Below are positions 8,748-18,650 of a stretch of DNA of 37,434 bases, piece by piece. Within the stretch, counting starts at the first letter, position 1. Every line of letters starts with the position of its first letter. Made by a program: the position numbers and the translations under genes. Origin of the DNA: Ktedonobacteria bacterium (GTDB lineage: Bacteria; Chloroflexota; Ktedonobacteria; Ktedonobacterales; JADMIN01); NCBI GenBank assembly GCA_027307065.1, contig DAHUXT010000003.1:1-37434 (forward strand), given 5' to 3'. The notes beneath the pieces were generated by a model. It searched no databases. It was not told where the DNA came from and saw only the letters and a program-made list of their open reading frames with translations.

Positions 8748-9419
8748 ATGGCGCGACTATTGACGATTGAGATACCTGTGTCGCATGGCGCGCTGGAGGG
8801 ACTGTTGCGCCTGCCCGATGACGAGACGAGTCAGCCGCCAATGGTAGCCGTCGTCTGCCACCCGCATCCCGCCCATGGCGGCACCATGCACAACAAGGTC
8901 GTCTTTCGCGTGGCGCAGGCATTGGGCGACCTCGGTTTCCCCGCGCTTCGCTTCAACTTTCGCGGTGTTGGCCGCAGTAGCGGTTTCTATGACCAGGGCA
9001 ATGGTGAGCGCGACGACGTGCGGGCGGCGGTAGACGAGATTGCGCGGCGTTTTCCTGGTATCTCTATTTGTATGGCGGGCTTTTCGTTTGGCTCGTGGAT
9101 TGGGCTTCCGGTAGGTTGCGCGGATAACCGCGTGCGGCAACTTATTGGCGCAGGTATCCCGACATCGCTGCTCACGACCGATGCTCTCGCGGAATGCGGC
9201 AAACCGAAGTTGATCGTGCAGGGAGAGCACGACCAGTATGGCCCCCAGAGTAGCCTGCGCCCCTGGTACGACGCGCTTCCGGCACCCAAATCGATGGCCG
9301 TAATTCCGCAGGCGGATCATTTCTTCGCGGGCCATGAAACCGAACTGCGCGACGCGATCACCGCCTACTTTGCGTCAGGTGCGTCAGCCGCAGGGAACTT
9401 CATGGCGTCTGCGACGTAA
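8748..9419 (+). CDS. Alpha/beta-fold hydrolase
   Basis: CHPHPAHGGTMHNKVV, RFNFRGVGRS, GFSFG nucleophile, ADHFF. Confidence 0.92.
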   Translation: MARLLTIEIPVSHGALEGLLRLPDDETSQPPMVAVVCHPHPAHGGTMHNKVVFRVAQALGDLGFPALRFNFRGVGRSSGFYDQGNGERDDVRAAVDEIARRFPGISICMAGFSFGSWIGLPVGCADNRVRQLIGAGIPTSLLTTDALAECGKPKLIVQGEHDQYGPQSSLRPWYDALPAPKSMAVIPQADHFFAGHETELRDAITAYFASGASAAGNFMASAT

Positions 9420-9712
9420 TATCTGGTGGGCGGCCCAAAAGCCGCCAGCATCTTGGCGTCGACATACGTGCGGTGTTACAGTGTGTTGCGTGCGCTGAGG
9501 TCACGACACGATTGCGACAATTGCGCGCCCCAGATGGCGTATAGTGTCGTTGGAAGCTGGCAGCTTGAGCGCGTCCCGGCGAAGAACACGAGAGGTATGC
9601 CAGAGCGTCTTCATTTTTGAGGCTTTGATCCTGATGCCAGGAAGGTATCGTACACATTTGGGCAGGTGTCAGGGATTCTGCGATGAATGCGACAGGAGGA
9701 GGCACGAGGTCC

Positions 9713-11632
9713 ATGAGTACCGGACAGCAATCGGCGGCAACCGGACATTGCCCCGGATGTGGCCAGAGCATTGATGCGCACGCTGTCTACTGCCCGAATT
9801 GTGGGCGACCGTATTACGCATCACCCGATTCGGCGAGCATGCTCGCAGCTGAGCCAACACAGAGCGGCGCATACGCCACCGCGCCGGTTCAGAGCGCCTC
9901 TACTGGTGCGCCACCTCCATTGCCGGAATGGGTCAATCAGCCCACCGCGACCGGAGGAATTGCCGGGCTGGGCGCGGGTGCGGCGCTCGCGCCAGAGCAA
10001 CCAATCCGTTCGCACAAACGCCGCAACGTCTTGACCGCGATATCCGCGCTGGTCGTTGTCGGCCTTCTCGCTGGCGGGGCCTATTGGGCATACGCCGCGT
10101 TCGCCGCGCGCAATTCCAACCAACTGGCGCATTACTTCCCGTCGAACACCGTCGTCTTCGCCTCGGTGGATCTCGTTGCGGCTGCGAACAATAACTTTCA
10201 CATGAATCCCGCCGATTTGGCAGGTCCACAGGCGACGCAACTGCAGCGGGCCACAGGTCTCGACTGGCAGAAAGATGTCGTCTCCTGGGCGGGACCTGAT
10301 CTCGCGCTTGGTGTCTTCCCTTTGAGCAAGACCACGCAAGCAGGGGCAACCACGGGACCAATTCCCCAGGTAGGGGTCGTTGTACTCGTGCAGTCGCATG
10401 ATGACGGCGCCGCACGGGCTATGCTCGCCAAGATCAACGCGCACGTGAAACAGCAGGGAACCACTCCGCAAGCCACGACCTATCGAGGCTTTACGCTCTA
10501 CGCGCCAAGTTCAGACGCGTCGCAAGGCGCATCACAGGGCATGTACGGATCAGGCGGCGGCTGGGTCATTATCGCCAGCAACGCCGAGGCGGCTCATGCC
10601 GTGATTGATCGTGTCAATGGCGGCAGCGACTCCCTGAGCGACCAGCAGCCGTTCAAAGACGCGACAGACAACCTGCCGAGCAACCACTTCGGCACCTACT
10701 ATGTGAATGTGCGCGAGATGATGAACAGTATCGTGCCTGTGCGCGCGCCGAACGGGCTTGCCAGCATCAGCGTTCCGTTTGTCGAGAGCTATCCGGTAGC
10801 GGGCGGCTATATCGGCTGGACCAATACCGGCGAGCGCAGCCAGATCACGTTCAACGCGGCCCGCAACCCGAACATCCCAGATGTTTCGGGTGATACCACC
10901 GGATTCGCCGCGCTGGCGCCATCCGACGCGATGGCCTACGCCGGGGCAGGCAACGTGGGCAAATTCATGCAGGCGGTCAGCGAGCAGTTCGGCACGGCCG
11001 CGGCGGGCGTCGATCCATTGCAGTCCAGCCTGGGCATTTCTAGCAGTGATCCGATGGCCCAACAACCGGTAGGCGTGGCGGCGATCAAGGGCAGCAACGC
11101 AGTTCCGCAGCCGGTCTTCTACGTTCATGTGAGCGATAGCTCCGCGGCATCGCAGCTGTTGGCGAAGATCGCAACCGTGCGGCACTGGACGACGAAGCCG
11201 ACCACCATTGGCGGGCAGTCGGCGACGGCGCTCTACGAAACCGCCAGTTTCGGCGTTCCTCCGACGGGAGGAGACGGCACGCCAGGAGCAGTGAATGAGA
11301 CTGCGCACCTTGTGGCGGTGGCGCTCACGCTGCGCAACACGCTGGTGCTCGCTCCAGACACCGCGACGGCGGCCACCATCGTTCAGGTGGCGCAGGGCAG
11401 CACACCGAGTCTCGCGAGCAATGCCACCTTCCAGAAGCTGATCAAGGCAGCTCCATCGGGCGCGGCGATTACCGCCTACATCGGCGCATCGGCGTTTCAG
11501 TCGCTCGCGAGCGCACCGATGGGAAGCGCTGCACAGTCCGGCCTCGTCTCGCACATCGACGCACTGGCGTTGTCGCTAGTCTGGAACAACTCGTTGCTTC
11601 AAGGCACATTCGACGCAGGCTTACACGCTTAA
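9713..11632 (+). CDS. Zinc-ribbon, single-TM membrane-anchored protein with DUF3352-like extracellular domain
   Basis: CPGC...CPNC ribbon, one hydrophobic segment, then HYFPSNT...LDWQKDVVSWAG pattern; start 9713 chosen from GGAGGAGG/GAGGT RBS (alternative 9683). Confidence 0.75.
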   Translation: MSTGQQSAATGHCPGCGQSIDAHAVYCPNCGRPYYASPDSASMLAAEPTQSGAYATAPVQSASTGAPPPLPEWVNQPTATGGIAGLGAGAALAPEQPIRSHKRRNVLTAISALVVVGLLAGGAYWAYAAFAARNSNQLAHYFPSNTVVFASVDLVAAANNNFHMNPADLAGPQATQLQRATGLDWQKDVVSWAGPDLALGVFPLSKTTQAGATTGPIPQVGVVVLVQSHDDGAARAMLAKINAHVKQQGTTPQATTYRGFTLYAPSSDASQGASQGMYGSGGGWVIIASNAEAAHAVIDRVNGGSDSLSDQQPFKDATDNLPSNHFGTYYVNVREMMNSIVPVRAPNGLASISVPFVESYPVAGGYIGWTNTGERSQITFNAARNPNIPDVSGDTTGFAALAPSDAMAYAGAGNVGKFMQAVSEQFGTAAAGVDPLQSSLGISSSDPMAQQPVGVAAIKGSNAVPQPVFYVHVSDSSAASQLLAKIATVRHWTTKPTTIGGQSATALYETASFGVPPTGGDGTPGAVNETAHLVAVALTLRNTLVLAPDTATAATIVQVAQGSTPSLASNATFQKLIKAAPSGAAITAYIGASAFQSLASAPMGSAAQSGLVSHIDALALSLVWNNSLLQGTFDAGLHA

Positions 11633-11674
11633 CGGGAAGGTCGTTCGCTCCCAATAACACGCACGACCTATCAG

Positions 11675-11711
11675 CCAGGGTCAGGGGAAATTCCTCGACC
11701 CTGGTTTTCTT
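11675..11711 (+). terminator. Intrinsic terminator
   Basis: CCAGGGTC...GACCCTGG stem followed by TTTTCTT. Confidence 0.75.
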
Positions 11712-11737
11712 ATGCCACGCACACACCTATCTGCCGC

Positions 11738-11770
11738 TTGACGGCTCAATCCACATGCAATATATTACAT
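11738..11770 (+). promoter_or_regulatory. Sigma70-type promoter (TTGACG-17-TATATT) with overlapping palindrome ATGCAATATATTACAT
   Basis: -35 at 11738-11743, -10 at 11761-11766, ATG 6 nt later. Confidence 0.65.
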
Positions 11771-11772
11771 AT

Positions 11773-12444
11773 ATGACAGTAGAAACGTTGACACCTATCG
11801 CACGCGCCTCGCTGCGAAGCCGGGTCTACGAGCGGCTCTTACAGGCCATCATTGCCGGAGAGATCGAACCAGGTGCGCGTTTGCGCGACCAGGACCTCGC
11901 CACACAGTTGGGCGTGAGCCGGACGCCCGTGCGCGAGGCGCTGCAGCGACTAGAAGATGAGGGGCTGGTCGAGACGCGACGAGGCTCGCTGACACGTGTC
12001 ATGCCGCTCGACACACGAGCCGCGCGCGATACATTCCCGGTCGTCGCGGCGTTACACGCGCTTGCCACCCGCATGAGCACACCGCTGATGTCGGCCAACG
12101 ACGTGGACGCGCTGCGTGCGGCGAACCGCAACCTGGAATCTGCGCTTGCCGGCCATGATGTTATGCGGGCCATCGCGGCTGATGACAACTTTCACCAACG
12201 GTTTGTAGAGCGTTCAGGGAATACGGAGGTGGGGCCAACGCTTGACCGCCTGACGTCGAAAATCCGACGACTTGAGGTGGCCCAGTTTGGCTCGCTTGCA
12301 GGTCTGCGGTCGGTCGAGCAGCACGAAGCTATCATCGCGGCGGTTGGTCGTCACGACGCGGCGCTTGCCGCAGAGCGTGTCGAAGAGAACTGGCTGAGCC
12401 TCGGCGCGCTCATCCTGGCGACGTTCCATCAACCCAACGGGTAA
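11773..12444 (+). CDS. GntR-family regulator (FCD domain)
   Basis: LGVSRTPVREALQRL wHTH; DDNFH and EQHEAI FCD motifs; alternative start 11755. Confidence 0.93.
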   Translation: MTVETLTPIARASLRSRVYERLLQAIIAGEIEPGARLRDQDLATQLGVSRTPVREALQRLEDEGLVETRRGSLTRVMPLDTRAARDTFPVVAALHALATRMSTPLMSANDVDALRAANRNLESALAGHDVMRAIAADDNFHQRFVERSGNTEVGPTLDRLTSKIRRLEVAQFGSLAGLRSVEQHEAIIAAVGRHDAALAAERVEENWLSLGALILATFHQPNG

Positions 12445-12526
12445 ACCCGTCCGCCACACACCACCGGATAACGCCACATCTTACTGAGAGTCGGTCGCTT
12501 GCACTCACTGCGCTGGAGGTAGCATC

Positions 12527-13912
12527 ATGCAAACCATTTCGCCTACCACACCCGACGTCCCTCAAGTCTCTGAGAGCGTCGAGGTGCATGACCCCGCGGT
12601 GCTGGCCCATGCGCGGGCACTGCTCGACGCCTGCGCAACTCCTGCCGACATGCAGGAGACGATTCTGCAGGCGGTGGCGCGCAACGAAGCGTGGCGTGGG
12701 CGGCAATGCATCAATCTGCTGGCTCCCGAGGCGCCAACCACCCCGACGGTACGCGGCCTGCTCTCGTCGGAGGTCGGCACGCGCGCTGCTGAGGGGCACG
12801 TGGGCAGCGTAAACCGCTGGTTCGCAGGAACCAAGTACATTGATGAAATCGAGTCGCTCTGCATTGAGCTGCTCAAGCAAGTCTTCAAGACGCGCTACGC
12901 AGACCATCGGCTGGTGGCAAGCATGATCGGCAACATGGTGGTCTATGCCAGCATGGCACAACCCGGCGACACCATCATGACGATTGCGCAGCCGTTCGGC
13001 GGCCACTCCAGTAACCGTCAGAATGGCCCTGCTGGTGTGCGCGGACTCAACATTGTAGATATCCCGTTCGATCCCGACGAACTGACGGTCGATCTCGATC
13101 GGTTCCGCACGCTCGCCACACAGGTGCGCCCCAAGATCGTCACGCTCGGCCTCTCGATGACGCTCTTTCCCTACCCGGTGCGCGAGATGAGCGAGATTGT
13201 CGGCGAATGGGGCGGCGACATCTTCTTCGACGGCGCCCATCAGCTTGGCCTCATCGCCGGGGGGCAGTTTCAGGATCCGCTGGCGGAAGGCGCGGCAGTG
13301 CTGACCGGATCGGCTGGCAAGACCTTCAGCGGACCACAGAGCGGGGTCATCGTCTGGAATGAGGAGCGCCTGACCAGGCCGCTGACCACAGCGATTTTCC
13401 CGGTGATGGCCGCCACGCATCAGGTGAATCGTGTCGCCGCGCTCGCTGCCTCCGCTGTTGACATGCTGGCGTTCGGGCAGGCATACATGGCGCAAATCGT
13501 TCGCAATGCCCAGGCCCTCGCCGATGCTTTGCAGCGTAGAGGGATTCCAATGCTGGGGAGCCACAAAGGATACACCCGGACGCATCAAGCGATTGCCGAT
13601 GTCCGCCAGTTTGGCGGCGGGCTAGAAGTCGCGCACCGCCTGGCGCAGGCCAACATCATCACCAACAAGAACCTCATCCCAAGCGACCAGCCATCTGACT
13701 GGGATCGTCCGGGCGGGTTGCGCATGGGCACCATCGAGGTCACACGGCTGGGCATGCGCGAGCGCGAGATGGAGCACATTGCCGACTTTATCGCTCAGGT
13801 GCTTGTCGATCGCGTCGAGCCAGCAGCAATCGTGAGCGATGTCACCGGGTTCCGCGAGCCGTTTCAGACGCTCTATTACTGTGTCGAGCAAGGCTTGCCA
13901 CCGCATTCGTAG
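12527..13912 (+). CDS. Serine hydroxymethyltransferase-like PLP enzyme (divergent)
   Basis: AEG, GGHS, DGAHQLGLIAGG, GKTFSGPQSG, NKNLIP, GLRMGT. Confidence 0.85.
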   Translation: MQTISPTTPDVPQVSESVEVHDPAVLAHARALLDACATPADMQETILQAVARNEAWRGRQCINLLAPEAPTTPTVRGLLSSEVGTRAAEGHVGSVNRWFAGTKYIDEIESLCIELLKQVFKTRYADHRLVASMIGNMVVYASMAQPGDTIMTIAQPFGGHSSNRQNGPAGVRGLNIVDIPFDPDELTVDLDRFRTLATQVRPKIVTLGLSMTLFPYPVREMSEIVGEWGGDIFFDGAHQLGLIAGGQFQDPLAEGAAVLTGSAGKTFSGPQSGVIVWNEERLTRPLTTAIFPVMAATHQVNRVAALAASAVDMLAFGQAYMAQIVRNAQALADALQRRGIPMLGSHKGYTRTHQAIADVRQFGGGLEVAHRLAQANIITNKNLIPSDQPSDWDRPGGLRMGTIEVTRLGMREREMEHIADFIAQVLVDRVEPAAIVSDVTGFREPFQTLYYCVEQGLPPHS

Positions 13913-14086
13913 TTGAGACCCCACTGAGCCGCTTTGATCTGCCGTATCGCGCGTATTGGCCCGAAACTTGCCGCAAAGCTCATGTAGCCCTTGCGAGAGA
14001 TGACATGAGTCAGATAGCGTATCGTCGCGCCCATGCCCTCCATTCGACGATTGTCTTGAAGAACGGCTGAGACCGGGAAGGATAGA

Positions 14087-15220
14087 GTGGAACCAATGCG
14101 CATAGCACAGATAGCACCATTACAACTTGCGGTGCCGCCACGCACCTACGGCGGCACTGAGCGCTGCATCTCAAACATTACCGAGGCGCTGGTGGCGCTC
14201 GGCCACGACGTGACACTCTTTGCCACCGCTGATTCATCGACCGGCGCGCGGCTCGTCCCCATGCGTGACGAAGCAATTCGCTTCAATTCGAAGATCGACG
14301 CGACGGCGCTGCATCTGGCTATGCTCAGCCGAATTTATCAGCAGGCCGACCAGTTCGATGCCATTCACTCCCATCTGGACTACCTAACGCTCCCTTTTGC
14401 GGCGAAAGCCTCCACGCCAACGGTGCTTACATTGCACGGACGGCTGGATGCGCCTGAAACGGTGAAGGTATTTCGCGAATTCAAGGGATGCAACTATGTG
14501 GCAATTAGCGATAGCCAGCGCTCACAAATACCAGATCTGAACTGGACCGCCACCATTCATCACGCGATCGATCCCGTCGAGTTTCCCTACCGGGATACGC
14601 CTGGCTCATATCTGGCGTTCGTCGGGCGCATCACTCGCGACAAAGGGATCGATCGCGCCATACGTATTGCGCAGAAGACTGGTATTCCGCTGAAGATCGC
14701 CGCCAAAGTCGATCCAGCCGAACGCAAATTCTTTGAAGAGGTCATCAAGCCGACGTTTGATGATCCGCTGATCGAATTCTTGGGACCGTTGAACGAAAAG
14801 AAAAAGAACACGTTGATGAGCGAGGCGCTTGCCCTACTCATGCCGATTGACTGGCCAGAACCATTTGGGATGGTCTTCATCGAATCACTGGCATGTGGCA
14901 CTCCCGTGCTGACCCGGCCATGCGGCTCGGTCCCAGAATTGCTGGAAGATGGCGTAACGGGGTTCATCCGCGAGTCGGACGACGAACTTGCCGAGGCAGT
15001 GACGCGGGTGGCGCAGATTTCACGCGCCGGTTGCCGCGAATATGTCCAGCGCAGGTTTGGGATCCGCGATATGGCGTTGAAATACCTCGACGTCTATACC
15101 CAGATGCAGCAACGGGGGCGCCTCTTTGCGGTTCCGACCGTAAAGGGAACGCCGATCGAACCAGTCAGGAAACCAAGTCAAGCGCAAACCAACGAGAATC
15201 AGAGCACACTGATATCATGA
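14087..15220 (+). CDS. Glycosyltransferase family 4
   Basis: MRIAQIAP, YGGTER, GRITRDKG, EPFGMVFIE (EX7E). Confidence 0.93.
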   Translation: MEPMRIAQIAPLQLAVPPRTYGGTERCISNITEALVALGHDVTLFATADSSTGARLVPMRDEAIRFNSKIDATALHLAMLSRIYQQADQFDAIHSHLDYLTLPFAAKASTPTVLTLHGRLDAPETVKVFREFKGCNYVAISDSQRSQIPDLNWTATIHHAIDPVEFPYRDTPGSYLAFVGRITRDKGIDRAIRIAQKTGIPLKIAAKVDPAERKFFEEVIKPTFDDPLIEFLGPLNEKKKNTLMSEALALLMPIDWPEPFGMVFIESLACGTPVLTRPCGSVPELLEDGVTGFIRESDDELAEAVTRVAQISRAGCREYVQRRFGIRDMALKYLDVYTQMQQRGRLFAVPTVKGTPIEPVRKPSQAQTNENQSTLIS

Positions 15221-17424
15221 CTGACACCACAAAGAACCGACCAAAAGCGAACGCACACGATCTCGGCCCGAGACCAGCCGACGGTGACATGATAGATCCG
15301 TACGTGCTGCGCGGCTCAGCCAACTCTGCCGTGGAGAAGATTTCGCTCAAGCAGGGCGAGGCATTCATGGTGACTGACGCGCGTGGGGATTTGCCGGATT
15401 CCGAGCAGGAGACGGGGCTCTACTGGCATGGCACGCGCTTCCTGCGGGTCTGCGATATCTTCCTGGAAGGCCAGCCGATGGTTGCGCTGTCGCATTCAAT
15501 CTCGGACGAAGAAGGCACATGTCAGATTGACCTGACCAACCCATTTCTCCGTCTTTCCACGGAGCAAAGTATCTACCAGGGCGTGATACACGTGCGCCGC
15601 CAGCTTGAGTTGAGCGGGCACCAGTTGACGCAGACATTTCTGCTGACTAGCTTCGAGTCCGCACCAGTTGACGTACGTCTTGGACTCAAGACAGGCGCGG
15701 ACTTCCGCGACCTCTTCGAGATTCGCGGCTTGGAGCGTCGCAAACGTGGCAGCGAGCTGAAGCCACGCCTGGAGCGAGATGAGGTGGTCTTTAGCTATCT
15801 GGGGCTGGATAACGTCGAGCGAAAGACACGCATCCTGCTGGATCCTCCTGCGGATATGACTCGAAACAACGACGTATTCTGGCATCTGAGGTTGGAGCGC
15901 GGCGATACTGTTCAGATCAAGAGTGTGATCACCGTAAGCGAAGAGGCGCTCTCCGATAACAAAGCGGGCACCGACACCACAGAAAACGCCTGGGCAGCGC
16001 CAGGTTCACACCTGGATTTGCCGGAGGTCCGCAGCAACAACGTCTTCTTCAATCGCGTGCTGACGCGCGGCATGCACGATCTAAACATGATGTGCTCGCC
16101 AACGGCGGAAGGCATATATCCTTATGGCGGCATTCCATGGTATGTCTGCCCATTCGGGCGCGATGCGCTTATCACGAGCCTCGAATTCTTGCCGTGGTTT
16201 CCGCAGGTGGCGCAGGGCACACTGGCTTTCCTGTCGGCCTATCAGGGACAGAAGGAAGACGCGTTCACCGAGGAGGAGCCGGGGCGCATTTTGCACGAGT
16301 ATCGGCGCGGCGAGATGGCCAACTGCCGTGAGATACCGTTCATCCCTTATTACGGAACAATCGATGCGACACCCCTCTATCTGATGCTCTTCGAGGCGTA
16401 CATACGCTGGACGAACGATACCGAGTTCTTGAAGGCGCACTGGCCGAATGCCGAGGCTGCCGCCGAGTGGATGCTGAAGTACGGCGATCGTGACGGCGAC
16501 ACGTTTCTCGAATACGCGAATACATCGCCAAGCGGACTCGTCAACCAGGGGTGGAAGGATTCCTGGGATAGCGTTTCCTACGCCGACGGCCAGCTTGCGA
16601 AGCCACCGGTCGCGCTTTGCGAGGTACAGGGCTACGCCTACGCGGCATACAACGCGATGGCATACCTGGCAAATAGGCTCGGCAAACCAGAGCAGGTAAA
16701 CCGCTGGCACAACGCCGCAGAGACGCTTCGGGCAAATTTCCTGCTGTCGTTCTGGTGGGAAGACCAGCATACGTTCTATCTGGCGCTCGACGGCAACAAG
16801 GAGCCCTGCGATGTCGTCAGCTCCAACGCGGGACAATGTCTCTGGACGGGCATCGTCCCCAATGAGTGGGGCCACGCGATTGTCGACCGGATGCTGGCCG
16901 ACGACATGTGCACCGATTGGGGCATTCGCACCCTCTCAAGCCGTGAGCAGCGCTATAACCCGATGAGCTACCATAATGGATCAGTCTGGCCGCACGACAC
17001 GGCAATCGTGGCGGCGGGCTTCGCGCGCGTTGGCCGCAAAAAGGAGGCTGGCGAGTTGCTTGGCCATCTGTATGGAGCCAGCCTGTTCTTCGAGGGCGCT
17101 CGGCTGCCTGAATTATTCTGCGGGTTTGCCCGGCGAGGCGGGTTTGGCCCGACTCACTATCCGGCGTCATGCTCGCCACAATCGTGGGCGGCGGGCGCGC
17201 CATTCTTGATACTGAGCAGTATTCTCGGCTTCGAGCCCGAGGCTGAGCGCAACCGCCTGCTCCTGCGCCAACCAGTATTACCCGGATGGCTTGAACAACT
17301 GGACTTGCGGGGAATGCACCTGGGTGACCGACAGGCCCATCTCCATTTCACCGCTCAGGGAGGCAACACCGCCGTCACCCTTACTGGCGATATGGGTGTT
17401 GATGTACACGTACTGCCGAGTTAA
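15217..17424 (+). CDS. Amylo-alpha-1,6-glucosidase / glycogen-debranching-family glycoside hydrolase
   Basis: GIPWY..PFGRD, EEPGRILHE, YYGTIDATPL, NQGWKDS, YHNGSVWPHD, LPELFCG; ATGA overlap with the GT4 stop. Confidence 0.92.
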   Translation: MTDTTKNRPKANAHDLGPRPADGDMIDPYVLRGSANSAVEKISLKQGEAFMVTDARGDLPDSEQETGLYWHGTRFLRVCDIFLEGQPMVALSHSISDEEGTCQIDLTNPFLRLSTEQSIYQGVIHVRRQLELSGHQLTQTFLLTSFESAPVDVRLGLKTGADFRDLFEIRGLERRKRGSELKPRLERDEVVFSYLGLDNVERKTRILLDPPADMTRNNDVFWHLRLERGDTVQIKSVITVSEEALSDNKAGTDTTENAWAAPGSHLDLPEVRSNNVFFNRVLTRGMHDLNMMCSPTAEGIYPYGGIPWYVCPFGRDALITSLEFLPWFPQVAQGTLAFLSAYQGQKEDAFTEEEPGRILHEYRRGEMANCREIPFIPYYGTIDATPLYLMLFEAYIRWTNDTEFLKAHWPNAEAAAEWMLKYGDRDGDTFLEYANTSPSGLVNQGWKDSWDSVSYADGQLAKPPVALCEVQGYAYAAYNAMAYLANRLGKPEQVNRWHNAAETLRANFLLSFWWEDQHTFYLALDGNKEPCDVVSSNAGQCLWTGIVPNEWGHAIVDRMLADDMCTDWGIRTLSSREQRYNPMSYHNGSVWPHDTAIVAAGFARVGRKKEAGELLGHLYGASLFFEGARLPELFCGFARRGGFGPTHYPASCSPQSWAAGAPFLILSSILGFEPEAERNRLLLRQPVLPGWLEQLDLRGMHLGDRQAHLHFTAQGGNTAVTLTGDMGVDVHVLPS

Positions 17425-17615
17425 GCCGCACGTATACCTAGTGGCAGATGAGACAGTTTTCGACTGGCGCTGACCTAACAGTTTCGCTGGTCGCAACCTG
17501 CTCTCATCATGCCTGCTGTGCTATCCTCTCTCTGAGGCACGTAGTCGTGAATGATGCAACGCTGAGGTACTCGTCCTGACAACTCAGCGCATGTGGAGTG
17601 GAGGGGACTCACTGC

Positions 17616-18635
17616 ATGACGGTTTCACAACCTCTGGCCCCAGCTGAGGAGACGGCGCAACTCTTTTCCGTGGAAGCCATGCCGGAGGCTGGCTCACCCT
17701 CGGTGAAACCCTTCATATCACGCATTCCGTGGTATGCCTGGGCAGGCGCCGCGCTCAACATTGTCGCGTGGGCTATGTCATGGACGCGCATCGGCGAGTG
17801 GAACGGACTGGCAGTCAGCGGACATACATACCTCGGGGCAAGCGTTCATCTGTGGGCGTACACCTTCTTTCCGATCTGGTTCGGATTCGTTCTCGTGCTG
17901 GATGGCATCAACGTAGCGCGCACGGGTTCGTCGCCGCTCTCTCGCGACTGGCGCGGGTTCATCTTGCTCTTCCTGCTCTCGATTCCTTTCTGGTGGGTCT
18001 TCGAGATTCTCAACATTCCGGTACACAACTGGCGCTACTTCTTCGACCAGCCCATCAATACCAACACGTTTGGCGGATGGATCGAATACCATGCGATCTC
18101 GTCGCTCTGCTTCAGCACTGTGTTGCCAGCCGTCCTGGAAATCGCCGAGATTTTGGCCAGCTTCGCGGCACTTCGCCCACGGCTGGCGCCCAATGATCCC
18201 GGCCCACGTGTCAAGCTGTCTACCGCGATCATCCTGATGGCGGTGGGCGTGGCTGGCCTAATTCTGCCGTTTGTCGCGCCGTACTACGCGTTCGGGCTGC
18301 TCTGGCTCGGCGTCACGTTCGTGCTCGACCCTATCAACAACCGCGCCCGCGTAAAATCTGCCCTGGGTCACCTGCTCGCGGGCGACTGGCGATTTTTCGT
18401 GCTCATGCCGCTCGCCGCGCTCTGTTGTGGCTTCTTTTGGGAGATGTGGAACTCGCTGGCACTGCCCAAATGGGTCTACACCATCGGCCTGGTAGAAAGC
18501 TGGCACATCCCCCACCTCTTCGAGATGCCGCTGATCGGTTACACGGGCTACCTGCCGTTCGGCGTCGAGCTGTTCGTAATGTACCAGTTCGCGTTATTGC
18601 TGATGGGCCGCCGCAAGGATGTTCTCACGGTATAG
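17616..18635 (+). CDS. Multi-pass membrane protein of unknown function
   Basis: Many hydrophobic segments, Trp-rich motifs (WWVFEILN..NWRY; FWEMWN..KWVY; LFEMPLIGY); GAGGGG RBS. Confidence 0.8.
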   Translation: MTVSQPLAPAEETAQLFSVEAMPEAGSPSVKPFISRIPWYAWAGAALNIVAWAMSWTRIGEWNGLAVSGHTYLGASVHLWAYTFFPIWFGFVLVLDGINVARTGSSPLSRDWRGFILLFLLSIPFWWVFEILNIPVHNWRYFFDQPINTNTFGGWIEYHAISSLCFSTVLPAVLEIAEILASFAALRPRLAPNDPGPRVKLSTAIILMAVGVAGLILPFVAPYYAFGLLWLGVTFVLDPINNRARVKSALGHLLAGDWRFFVLMPLAALCCGFFWEMWNSLALPKWVYTIGLVESWHIPHLFEMPLIGYTGYLPFGVELFVMYQFALLLMGRRKDVLTV

Positions 18636-18650
18636 CGAGGCGGATAGAGT

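Noticed and set aside
14893-15216. N-terminal extensions in the ORF track (glucosidase from 14893, AsnC from 4870, NYN from 6042, Fur from 20641, cbs from 31045)
   Set aside because: They overlap neighbouring genes or lack an RBS; downstream starts fit the RBS and/or family N-termini better.
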